The notes below the pieces were generated by a model. The model worked only from the letters and a program-made list of their open reading frames with translations. It did no database searches and had not been told where the DNA came from. From Chloroflexota bacterium (lineage in GTDB: Bacteria > Chloroflexota > Chloroflexia > Thermomicrobiales > UBA6265), in contig JAFAEX010000311.1 of the NCBI GenBank assembly GCA_023423795.1, forward strand, positions 18,947-82,946: DNA of 64,000 nt, read 5' to 3'. The stretch's first letter is position 1; each line of letters begins with the position of its first letter. Below, piece after piece: positions 45,749 to 53,741 of this stretch. A program made the translations under genes and the position numbers.

Positions 45749-47821
45749 CTAAGTGATACGGACTTTGGCCAGCGCGAACGGGTAGACCGGCCCGCTGCCG
45801 GCTCCGAGCAGTTTCATCGCCGCGGCGGTCATCGTCCAACCGGAATCGACCATGTCATCGACCAGCAGCACCGGGCCGGATCGGACCGCGTCCGGCTCCA
45901 CGCCGATCGCGCCCGCCACGTTTTCGGCCTGCTGGACGCTGTTGGCCATCTCCTTCTGGGGAGGCCGCTCGGCGGTCTTGCACAGCGCCGGGACGAACGG
46001 GAGCGCCAGTGCCGCCGCCAGCCGCCGGGCGAAATCCTGCACCAGTTCGCCGTGCCGGGTGGACGGAACGACCGTCACCCAGGCGGGCGCCGGGTTCGGT
46101 CGCCACCGCTCACGGACCAGTTCCGCCGCCGCCTGCACGAGTTCGTCGTCGAAACGGCCGGTGGCGTATTTGCCGTCCTTCACGAGGTCGCCCCAGCCGC
46201 CGTCGCCCCACGAGCACAGCGCCCGCCCCGGCTGGGGTCGCAAGTGCTCCGGAATCTTGCGCCACGGTGATGTCGGCAGCGCACCGGTCGGCAGCATGAT
46301 CCTCGGTTCGAGGACGATGTCGGAGCGACGGAGGAACCGCCGGGCCTCGATGGCGAGGCGGCGGTCGATCTCCATCGGCGCCACCGAGCGCCCGAGGCAA
46401 CCCGCGCAACGACCGCACGGCGTTGCTTCCGGATCGTCGAGCGCCCGCCCGACGAATTCCATCAGGCATCCCGGGCGGCGCACGAAATCCCTCGCCTGCC
46501 GCAACTCGTCGCGCCGTTGCCCGGTGATGCGCGCCGACCGCTCGTGGTCCGGCTGCCACGGGTTCGCCGTTCGCAGCCAGTCGCTCCCGTCGCGGGCGAC
46601 GATGCCGTCGGCTTCGAAGAACTTCAGCGCCTTGTCGATCCGCGACCGGCTCATGTTCACGCTGAGCTGGAGTTCGCCGATGGTGAGCGGACCATCCCGT
46701 TCGAGCGCGGCAATCAGGTCCTGTTGCTCAGCCGCGGACGGGAAGGCGGTGGTGATGAAGTAGTCGGCGATCTCGTCGTCCTCGCGGCCTTCGAGCAGGA
46801 TGGCGAGCGCGCTGTCGATGCCCCGTCCGGCGCGTCCGACCTGCTGGTAGTAGGCGACCAGCGAGCCGGGTCGCTGGAAGTGGACGACGAAACCGAGGTC
46901 GGGTTTGTCGAAGCCCATGCCGAGGGCGATCGTGGCGACGAGGGCCTTGACCCGGTTGTGGCGCAGATCGTCTTCCAGGGCGCGGCGCACCGCCGCTTCG
47001 AGGCTGCCGTGGTAGGCCGGTGCGTCTATGCCGTTCTGCCGGAGCCAGGCGGAGACTGTTTCGGCGTCGGTCACCGTGAGCGCGTAGACGATGCCCGAAC
47101 CCGGCAGATCCGGCAGCGTTGCCGCCAGCCAGGCCAGCCGGTCGGCCGGGTCGGCCATCGGGGCGGCCTGCAACCGCAGCGACTTGCGCGCCAGCGGCCC
47201 GCGCACGATTTCGAGGTTCGGCCCCAATTGCTCGGCGATGTCGGCCACCACGCGGTCGTTGGCGGTCGCGGTCGTGCCAAGCAGCGGAACGGTCGATGGC
47301 AGGAGTCGGGCGACGGAGACGATCCGCCGGTAGTCCGGCCGGAAGTCGTGGCCCCAGTCGGAGATGCAGTGGGCCTCGTCCACCACCAGCATGCCGACGT
47401 TGCCCTTGATCGAGGGCAGCGTGTGCCGCCGGAAGCGGTCGTTGCCGAGGCGCTCCGGCGAGACGAAGAGGACGTCGATGGCGCCGCTGGCGAGGCCGGA
47501 TTCGATGCCGTCCCAATCGTCCGTGTTGTCGCTGGCAATGTGGGCGGCTCGGATGCCCAGCCGGTCCGCCATGAGCCGCTGGTCGCTCATCAGCGACAAC
47601 AAGGGGCTTACGATGAGCGTTGGTCCGGCGCCGGCCTCGCGCAGCAGTTTCGTCGCGACGAAGTAGACGAGGCTCTTGCCCCAGCCGGTTCGCTGCACGA
47701 CGAGCAGGCGGGCGTGCCGTTCGGCGAGGGCGAGGATCGCCTCCCGCTGCCCGTCGCGGAACTCGGCGTCCGGCCCGAACATATTGGCCAGCAAGGCATC
47801 GGCGCGCGAACCTGCGTCCAT
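45749..47821 (-). CDS. RecQ-family helicase fused to a C-terminal ComF-like phosphoribosyltransferase domain
   Basis: RecQ motifs are FRDGQREAI, TGWGKSLVY and DEAHCISDWGHDFRPDYRR. The C-terminal PRTase motif PVLLVDDMVDSGWTMTAAA is preceded by a ComF-like VTVVPSTRHG. Confidence 0.88.
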   Translation of the reverse strand: MDAGSRADALLANMFGPDAEFRDGQREAILALAERHARLLVVQRTGWGKSLVYFVATKLLREAGAGPTLIVSPLLSLMSDQRLMADRLGIRAAHIASDNTDDWDGIESGLASGAIDVLFVSPERLGNDRFRRHTLPSIKGNVGMLVVDEAHCISDWGHDFRPDYRRIVSVARLLPSTVPLLGTTATANDRVVADIAEQLGPNLEIVRGPLARKSLRLQAAPMADPADRLAWLAATLPDLPGSGIVYALTVTDAETVSAWLRQNGIDAPAYHGSLEAAVRRALEDDLRHNRVKALVATIALGMGFDKPDLGFVVHFQRPGSLVAYYQQVGRAGRGIDSALAILLEGREDDEIADYFITTAFPSAAEQQDLIAALERDGPLTIGELQLSVNMSRSRIDKALKFFEADGIVARDGSDWLRTANPWQPDHERSARITGQRRDELRQARDFVRRPGCLMEFVGRALDDPEATPCGRCAGCLGRSVAPMEIDRRLAIEARRFLRRSDIVLEPRIMLPTGALPTSPWRKIPEHLRPQPGRALCSWGDGGWGDLVKDGKYATGRFDDELVQAAAELVRERWRPNPAPAWVTVVPSTRHGELVQDFARRLAAALALPFVPALCKTAERPPQKEMANSVQQAENVAGAIGVEPDAVRSGPVLLVDDMVDSGWTMTAAAMKLLGAGSGPVYPFALAKVRIT

Positions 47822-47902
47822 TCGGCATCCCCGGTTTATCTGGCGATTTCAGTGGCGCAGATCATATCGCGCCGTTCGCTGGATCAATGCGGCGAACGGA
47901 AA

Positions 47903-47945
47903 CGCCGCGGCCCGCTCCTCAGGGGGAAAGGAGCGGACCGCGGCG
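47903..47945 (-). terminator. Hairpin downstream of the DUF4397 gene
   Basis: A 17-bp stem with one mismatch (CGCCGCGGCCCGCTCCT with AGGAGCGGACCGCGGCG) and a 9-nt loop. Confidence 0.4.
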
Positions 47946-48097
47946 CTGGAAAAGGAGGTTGGGGCCGGCCAGCGTGCGTTTTGGGTCGAAAAGGGCGAGG
48001 CAACGCCGGTCCGGCGCGTTTTGGAGGGGAGTGGGTTCCGCTGGCGGCTACCTCGGCGACAGACCCGATTCGGCCGCCAGCGGGATGCGAGGATCGA

Positions 48098-48880
48098 TCA
48101 GGCGTCCGGGGTGGCCATCTCCGGGGCGGTGGTGGTGGCGACGATCGGGAGCACCGTCAGCGAGCCGTCGCCGACGTGGCCGATGGCGTAGACGCTGTAC
48201 ACGGAGCCGGCATCGAACGCGACGCCCGGCAGGGCGAGGGCGACGTCGGCGGTGCCGGTCGGCCGCACTTCGAGGTTGTAGCTTGCGGCGGGCACTTCGA
48301 GGTAGTCGCTGGCCTCGGGGAAGGCGAGGTTCTCGATCAGGACATCGCCGCCGGTGACGGCGACATCGACGGCCGGCGCGTCGGGCGAGGCGTGGATGAC
48401 GCGGACGCGGGCGTCCTCGGCGCCGAGTTCGCTGAGATCGGCCTGGAAGACCTGCGGGGTGATGTCGGCGAGCAGGCCGGTCGCGGCGACTTCGTAGGCC
48501 GCGCCTTCGGCGAGGGTGAGTTCGGCGTCGATGACGGCGGTATCCGGCGCCGCGCCGGTGGCGGTGACCTGGACCTGGTGCTCGCCGGCCGGCAGGGCGA
48601 CCCAGCCGGAGGCCGCGCCGAAGGCGAGGCCTGACAGCGCGAGGTCGCCGTTCACGTAGACATCCACGGCCGGGGCATCCGGGGAGGCGTGGATCACGTT
48701 GACGCAGGCGTCGCCGTCCATACCGATGCCGAGGGCGGTGACGCAGTTGCCCATGTCGGCGGTTGGGGTGGAGGCCATGTCCTGGGCCATCGCGCCCGGC
48801 TGGGCGAGGCCGGTCAGCATCGTGAAGGCGAGGACACCGGTGGAGCCGAGCGCGGTGACGAACTTCCGTCGCGAAGGCAT
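48098..48880 (-). CDS. DUF4397 domain-containing secreted protein
   Basis: The repeated pattern VRVIHASPDAPAVDV...NLAFP...Y is present. The Tat-like signal reads SRRKFVTALGSTGVLAFTMLTGLAQPGAMA. Confidence 0.85.
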   Translation of the reverse strand: MPSRRKFVTALGSTGVLAFTMLTGLAQPGAMAQDMASTPTADMGNCVTALGIGMDGDACVNVIHASPDAPAVDVYVNGDLALSGLAFGAASGWVALPAGEHQVQVTATGAAPDTAVIDAELTLAEGAAYEVAATGLLADITPQVFQADLSELGAEDARVRVIHASPDAPAVDVAVTGGDVLIENLAFPEASDYLEVPAASYNLEVRPTGTADVALALPGVAFDAGSVYSVYAIGHVGDGSLTVLPIVATTTAPEMATPDA

Positions 48881-49098
48881 GAGAGCGTCTCCTCTGGGGT
48901 GGCGAATGACTGGCTGGCCGGCCGGCGCGCGGTACCTCGCCCCGGATTAATATAAACCTATACATCAACTTCAAATCTGTCAACACCTCTCATCCGGATC
49001 GATCTGGACCGACCCGGATGTCCGGTGACACGAACCGCTGCCTATTGCATCGCCCATCGCCGCGTGCTATCCAATCTGTACTGGAGGTTGATATTTTG

Positions 49099-50046
49099 AT
49101 GGACGCCGATTCCGCCGCCGACCGAACCGACGAGCCGCTTTCCATCGGCACGGTGGTAGCGCGGCTGCGCGGCGAGTTCCCGGACGTCAGCCCGTCGGCC
49201 TTGCGATTCCTCGAGCGGTCCGGACTGCTCTCCGCTACCCGGACGGCGGGCGGCCACCGGCTGTACACGTCCGCGGACGTCGAGCGGATCCGCCGGATCA
49301 AGTCCTGGCAGCGCGAGCGGCTGTCGCTCGCCGAGATCCGGCAGCGCCTCGAGGACGCCGACCGGCTGGCCTCACCGGACGTGTTGGCCGACGCCTTCCT
49401 CCGGCTCGCCCTTGCCGGCGACCGGGCGGCGGCGTTTCACATCGTGGCGGCGGCGGACGAACTCGGCCTTCCGCTGGAGCAAACGTTCGGCGCCGTGATC
49501 CAGCCAGCGCTTACCGAACTCGGGCGGCGGTGGGAGACGGGCGAGGTGCTGGTCGCGCAGGAAAAAGAGGTGTCCGAACTGGTCCGAGACCTGGTGGCGG
49601 AACTGTCGCGCCGCCACGCGCAACCGCGGCCGGAGGGGCCGACGCTGGTGGCCGCCTGCGTCGAGGGCGAGCGGCACGAACTCGGGCTGCGCATGGCCTG
49701 TGGGTTGCTTCGGGAACGAGGATGCGCGGTCCATTTCCTCGGCGCCGATGTCGCGCCCCGGTTCGTGCTGGAGGCCGTGCGCCTGCACCGGCCGGATGCC
49801 GTGCTGTTGTCGGTTCACCTCGCCGTGAACCTGCCAGCGGTCAAGGACGCGGTCGAGGTGCTGACGATCGGATTGGCTCCACGGCTTCCGCCTCCGATCG
49901 TCGCTGGTGGCATGGCGGCGATCGGCCGACCGGACGCCATCCGCGGCTGGGGCGCGATCCCGGTCTCCCGACCGCAGCCGTCCGCCGCGCCGGGCGTCCT
50001 CGGCGACCTGCCCGGGTTGCTCGACGAGATCGTTTCGGGCGGATAG
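49099..50046 (+). CDS. MerR-family regulator with C-terminal cobalamin-binding domain (CarH/LitR-like)
   Basis: The MerR HTH reads LSIGTVVARLRGEFPDVSPSALRFLERSGLL...GGHRLY. The B12-binding region reads GERHELGLRMACGLLRERGCAVHFLGADV. ATG 49099 is preceded by GGAGGT. Confidence 0.85.
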   Translation: MDADSAADRTDEPLSIGTVVARLRGEFPDVSPSALRFLERSGLLSATRTAGGHRLYTSADVERIRRIKSWQRERLSLAEIRQRLEDADRLASPDVLADAFLRLALAGDRAAAFHIVAAADELGLPLEQTFGAVIQPALTELGRRWETGEVLVAQEKEVSELVRDLVAELSRRHAQPRPEGPTLVAACVEGERHELGLRMACGLLRERGCAVHFLGADVAPRFVLEAVRLHRPDAVLLSVHLAVNLPAVKDAVEVLTIGLAPRLPPPIVAGGMAAIGRPDAIRGWGAIPVSRPQPSAAPGVLGDLPGLLDEIVSGG

Positions 50047-50135
50047 GGCGCCGCACGTCCAGCGGCTGGAAAAAATCCTCGTCCAGGCCCGGAGCTACGG
50101 GCGGGTCCGGCGGCGCTCTCGGCGGTCGCCGCCGG

Positions 50136-50564
50136 TCAAACCGGAATGTCCTGCCAGCGCCGGGCATCGACGAAGCGCCCGAGGTGCCGGACATTCGTGG
50201 TGGCGACGATGACGCGGTTCGCGGGCAAGATTTCGAGCGCGGTGGCCGCCAGCAGGACATCGGCATCGAGCGCGTGCGAGGCGGCGGTGGGATGTCCGGC
50301 GTTTCGGGCGTCGGCCCAAAGCTGGGCGGCCCTGCGCATGATGTCGGTCGCGAACGGCGCGTAGCCAAGCGTTTGGCCGAGCCGATCGAGCCGGGACAAC
50401 CCACGGATGCTCCGTATACGGAGAATCTCCCGGCGGATCTCGCAGTCGGCGATCTCCGGAACGACGATTGCCCACGATTCCGCGGCGCGCATCACCCACT
50501 CGGCACCGTCCGGGTTCGGCCGCGGGTGGGCGATCTGGCCGAGCACGCCGCGGTCGAGGACGAT
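50136..50564 (-). CDS. PIN-domain toxin VapC-like; canonical start position occupied by ATC
   Basis: The PIN pattern is IVLDRGVL...E...DADVLLAATA...VATTNVRHL. The family-typical N-terminus (M-V-L-D) maps to the ATC at 50562-50564, which has AGGA 8 nt upstream. The nearest canonical starts are GTG 50546 (loses the first Asp) and ATG 50681 (112-nt overlap with the antitoxin). Confidence 0.7.
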   Translation of the reverse strand: MVLDRGVLGQIAHPRPNPDGAEWVMRAAESWAIVVPEIADCEIRREILRIRSIRGLSRLDRLGQTLGYAPFATDIMRRAAQLWADARNAGHPTAASHALDADVLLAATALEILPANRVIVATTNVRHLGRFVDARRWQDIPV

Positions 50565-50568
50565 CGCG

Positions 50569-50784
50569 TCAGTCCTGGAAGAGCAACGATTCGCCGGCGA
50601 TCGTCCGCTCCCGGTCCAGCGCCGATCGCAGGACCGGCCACGTCGATTCGTCGAAGCCGGTTTCGTCGTCGAGCCAGTCACGAACCATGCGAACGAACAC
50701 GCCGTTTCGCCTACGGCGTTCCGCGTCGTCGGTCAGGTAGGGGACGCCAGCCGGGATATCCAGGTCGATTGCTGGTTCGGCCAT
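50569..50784 (-). CDS. Putative antitoxin (VapB position), 71 aa
   Basis: ATG 50782-50784 is preceded by GGAGG. It sits immediately upstream of the PIN gene. I recognise no family. Confidence 0.5.
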   Translation of the reverse strand: MAEPAIDLDIPAGVPYLTDDAERRRRNGVFVRMVRDWLDDETGFDESTWPVLRSALDRERTIAGESLLFQD

Positions 50785-50842
50785 CGTGCCTCCGAAACCG
50801 AGACGCGGGAACTGTTGTCGCTCTTGCGCAATTGTATTCAAG

Positions 50843-51964
50843 TCAGCGGGCGGCGTGATCTCGCCGCGACTGGGTGGCCGATGTCGGTTCTGGGCCGGAC
50901 GGAAACACTAGCGCCGCACCGCGCACGCCGGCGACAACCCGATCCCCGGGGCGGATTCCGCCGTAGGAGCCGAGGCGGGCGCGCAGCACTCGGCCCGTGT
51001 CCAGCCGCACCATCAGGACCTGGTCGTGCCCGTAGAAGGCGCGCGACAGCACGGTGGCGTTACCTTCCGCGCCCGGCGGCGCCGGGGCGAGCCGCAGGGC
51101 TTCGGGCCGTAGCATGACCTCTACCGGCCCCCGTGCCTGGCCGATGATCGGCACGATGCCGAGTTCCGTCCCGGCCTGCCGCCCGGTAGCCTCGCCGGGC
51201 AGGAACTGGGCGTCTCCCACGAAACCTGCCACCCAGCGCGTGGCCGGACGGTGGTAGAGCTCCTCCGGCGTGCCCGATTGCACGACGCGGCCGCCGGCCA
51301 TCACCGCGACCCGGTCGGCGAGACTCAGCGCCTCCTCCTGGTCGTGCGTCACCAGCACCGCGGTTGCGCCGGCGGCCCGCAGGATGTCGCGGACTTCTTC
51401 CCTGACCGAGGCCCGCAATTCGGCGTCGAGGTTGGAGAACGGTTCGTCGAGCAGCACCAGATCCGGCGCCGGCGCGAGCGCCCGCGCCAGCGCGACCCGC
51501 TGCTGCTGCCCGCCCGAGAGTTGATCCGGCATGCGCCCGGCCAGCCCGTGGAGCCCGACGGTTTCCAGCGCGGCCGCGACCCGCTCGTTGCGTTCGTCGC
51601 GGCTGCCGCGCGGCAAGCCGAACGCGACGTTCTGCCCGACGCTGAGGTGGGGGAAAAGGGCATAGTCCTGGAAAACCATGCCGACCTTGCGCCGTTCCGG
51701 CGGCGTGAAACGGCGCCCCGTCGTGGAGACTTCGGCGACGATCCGGCCGCCGATCTCGATGGCGCCGGCATCGGGTTCCTCGAATCCCGCGACGAGGCGG
51801 AGGGTGGTCGTCTTGCCGCAGCCGGACGGCCCAAGCAAGGCGAGCAGTTCCCCGCGCCGCGCCTCCAGGTCCAGGCCCGCGACGACGACGGTCTCGCCGT
51901 AGTTCTTCGCCAAGGCGGTGCAACGCAGCGCGGGGACGTCCTCGGCGCGTTCGGGCGCGCTCAC
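50843..51964 (-). CDS. ABC transporter ATP-binding protein (FbpC/PotA/CysA-like with C-terminal TOBE-like region)
   Basis: Motifs are Walker A GPSGCGKTT, the signature LSGGQQQRVALARAL, and Walker B LVLLDEP. I call the GTG start at 51962-51964. No permease or binding-protein gene is adjacent. Confidence 0.88.
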   Translation of the reverse strand: MSAPERAEDVPALRCTALAKNYGETVVVAGLDLEARRGELLALLGPSGCGKTTTLRLVAGFEEPDAGAIEIGGRIVAEVSTTGRRFTPPERRKVGMVFQDYALFPHLSVGQNVAFGLPRGSRDERNERVAAALETVGLHGLAGRMPDQLSGGQQQRVALARALAPAPDLVLLDEPFSNLDAELRASVREEVRDILRAAGATAVLVTHDQEEALSLADRVAVMAGGRVVQSGTPEELYHRPATRWVAGFVGDAQFLPGEATGRQAGTELGIVPIIGQARGPVEVMLRPEALRLAPAPPGAEGNATVLSRAFYGHDQVLMVRLDTGRVLRARLGSYGGIRPGDRVVAGVRGAALVFPSGPEPTSATQSRRDHAAR

Positions 51965-52499
51965 GATTCCGGTTGACGCTCTCCGCCTGTCGGCAGTCGC
52001 TGTCGGTGCAATCGCCACCGGATCAGGCCGCCGCGCCGCTGCTTTTTGCCGGCAGCACGCATGGGCAGGCCGTCTGCGCCGGTTCGCGAGAAACTGGCCT
52101 GGGATGGGGCAATGCGGCTCCAGGCGACGGCATGCGACGAACTCCGTGACGCGACGCACGCGAACGAGTCGTCCGCGGCTCGGCGCCGGGATCGGCAACG
52201 CGCCGGTTTCGGTGGAAGGGCATGCGCACCGGAATTCCTCGGGCCGACGTTCGGAGCCGCCGGGAATCGGGCATACGAGCATTCCCGAGCGGACTGGTCG
52301 GATTGGCTGTCGCAAGGCTACGGTCGGGCTCGAAGGCTGTCAAACGGATGTCCGCTCGCGTGTTCCGGGGCCGCTCGCGGTTGGAAGCGATCTGCCAATG
52401 AGGGGATCGCCCCGACACTGATGAACTGACAATAGCCCGGGGAACCGGCTGGTATGCTGCCGGCCCGAATCGGTCGGAACCGGAACGGAGCAGGCGGGC

Positions 52500-53612
52500 A
52501 TGGGAGAGGACCACCGGCACGGCGCGGGCACGCCGCGATCCCCGTTCACCATCGAGGTCGCCGGCCGCACCATTGCGATCCTGGTGGCCGCGTTCGCCTT
52601 CGCCTGGATCGGCGCCCGCCTCGACCACTTCTTCCTCATCGTCGTTTTCGCAATCCTGCTCGCGACGGCGATCGACGAGCCGGTCGGCTGGCTCCAGCGG
52701 CACGGCATCCCGCGCCCGCTCGGCATCGGCTTGCACTACCTGGCGCTGCTGGCGCTGCTTGGCCTCGTCGTCGTCGTGCTGATCCCGCTGGTGGCGTCGG
52801 AAGCGACGTTGCTCCGGCGCGAGATCCCCGCCTACCTCCAGGAACTCGAATCTCGGGTGGCGACGCTGAACCCGGAGGCGGCGGCGGACCTGTCGTTCTC
52901 CCGCATCGCCGCCGAGGGCAGCAACCAGGTAGGGACGCTCGCCGGCCGCCTGACGCAGGTGACGATGGACGCGGCGCGCACCCTCCTGTACGTCTTCATC
53001 ACGTTCGTGCTGGCGTTCTTCCTGGCCGCCGATCCGGGCATCGTCGGCAAACTGGTGGCCCGGTTCGCGCCGGTGCGCCACCAGGCCCGGATCCTCGGGG
53101 TGGCCGATCGCGCGCGCGTCCGCATCGGCGCGTGGGCGCGCGGGCAGGTCATCATCGCGCTGATCTTCGGGCTCGCGATGGGCATCGGCCTGCGCCTGAT
53201 CGGGGTGCCCTACGCCGTATCGCTCGGAACGGCGGCCGGGGTGCTGGAGATCTTCCCGTACGTCGGCGGCGCGATCACCGTGGTGCTGGCGGCGCTCACC
53301 GCGCTCAGCGTCGGCATTCCGCAAGTGATCGCGGTCCTGGTGCTCTACGTCGTCCTCGTCAACCTCGAATCGCACGTCCTCGCCCCGCTGCTGTTCGGCA
53401 AGGCGATCGGGATGCCGCCGGTCGCGATCCTCGTCGCCCTGCTGGCCGGGGTCGAATTGCTGGGCATCTTGGGCGCGCTGCTGGCCATCCCGACGGCGGT
53501 CATCCTCTGGGTCGTCGTCGATGAGATTTGGCCGATGCCGAGCGAAGAGCAGGCGACCGGGGATGCGGCTCCACCGATCCCGCCGGCCGATCGAGCGGCA
53601 GAACCCGCCTGA
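52500..53612 (+). CDS. AI-2E family transporter (PerM/UPF0118)
   Basis: About 8 TM segments with the family-typical layout, including YVGGAITVVLAAL and LLGILGALLAIP. Confidence 0.88.
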   Translation: MGEDHRHGAGTPRSPFTIEVAGRTIAILVAAFAFAWIGARLDHFFLIVVFAILLATAIDEPVGWLQRHGIPRPLGIGLHYLALLALLGLVVVVLIPLVASEATLLRREIPAYLQELESRVATLNPEAAADLSFSRIAAEGSNQVGTLAGRLTQVTMDAARTLLYVFITFVLAFFLAADPGIVGKLVARFAPVRHQARILGVADRARVRIGAWARGQVIIALIFGLAMGIGLRLIGVPYAVSLGTAAGVLEIFPYVGGAITVVLAALTALSVGIPQVIAVLVLYVVLVNLESHVLAPLLFGKAIGMPPVAILVALLAGVELLGILGALLAIPTAVILWVVVDEIWPMPSEEQATGDAAPPIPPADRAAEPA

Positions 53613-53629
53613 CCCTGCCGGTAACCCCG

Positions 53630-53658
53630 TTGACATCGCCCGGACCGAGCCCTAGTCT
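53630..53658 (+). promoter_or_regulatory. Sigma70-type promoter upstream of the LacI-family gene
   Basis: TTGACA (53630-53635), a 17-nt spacer, then TAGTCT (53653-53658). Confidence 0.5.
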
Positions 53659-53665
53659 GTGGTCA

Positions 53666-53679
53666 TCGAAACGCTTCGA
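53666..53679 (+). promoter_or_regulatory. LacI-type operator candidate
   Basis: TCGAAACGCTTCGA is symmetric at 12 of 14 positions around a central CG. It lies 8 nt downstream of the -10 element. Confidence 0.5.
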
Positions 53680-53741
53680 CGGCCTCGTTCGATCGTTCGA
53701 GCCACCGTCGTCCGCTCGCCGCCGAGCGGGAGGGTTCAACC

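Noticed and set aside
52004-52029. A TPP-riboswitch-like CCTGATCCGG...CACCG element on the minus strand upstream of the ABC ATPase.
   Set aside because: I found no CTGAGA element or the rest of the thi-box consensus. The resemblance is limited to one helix.
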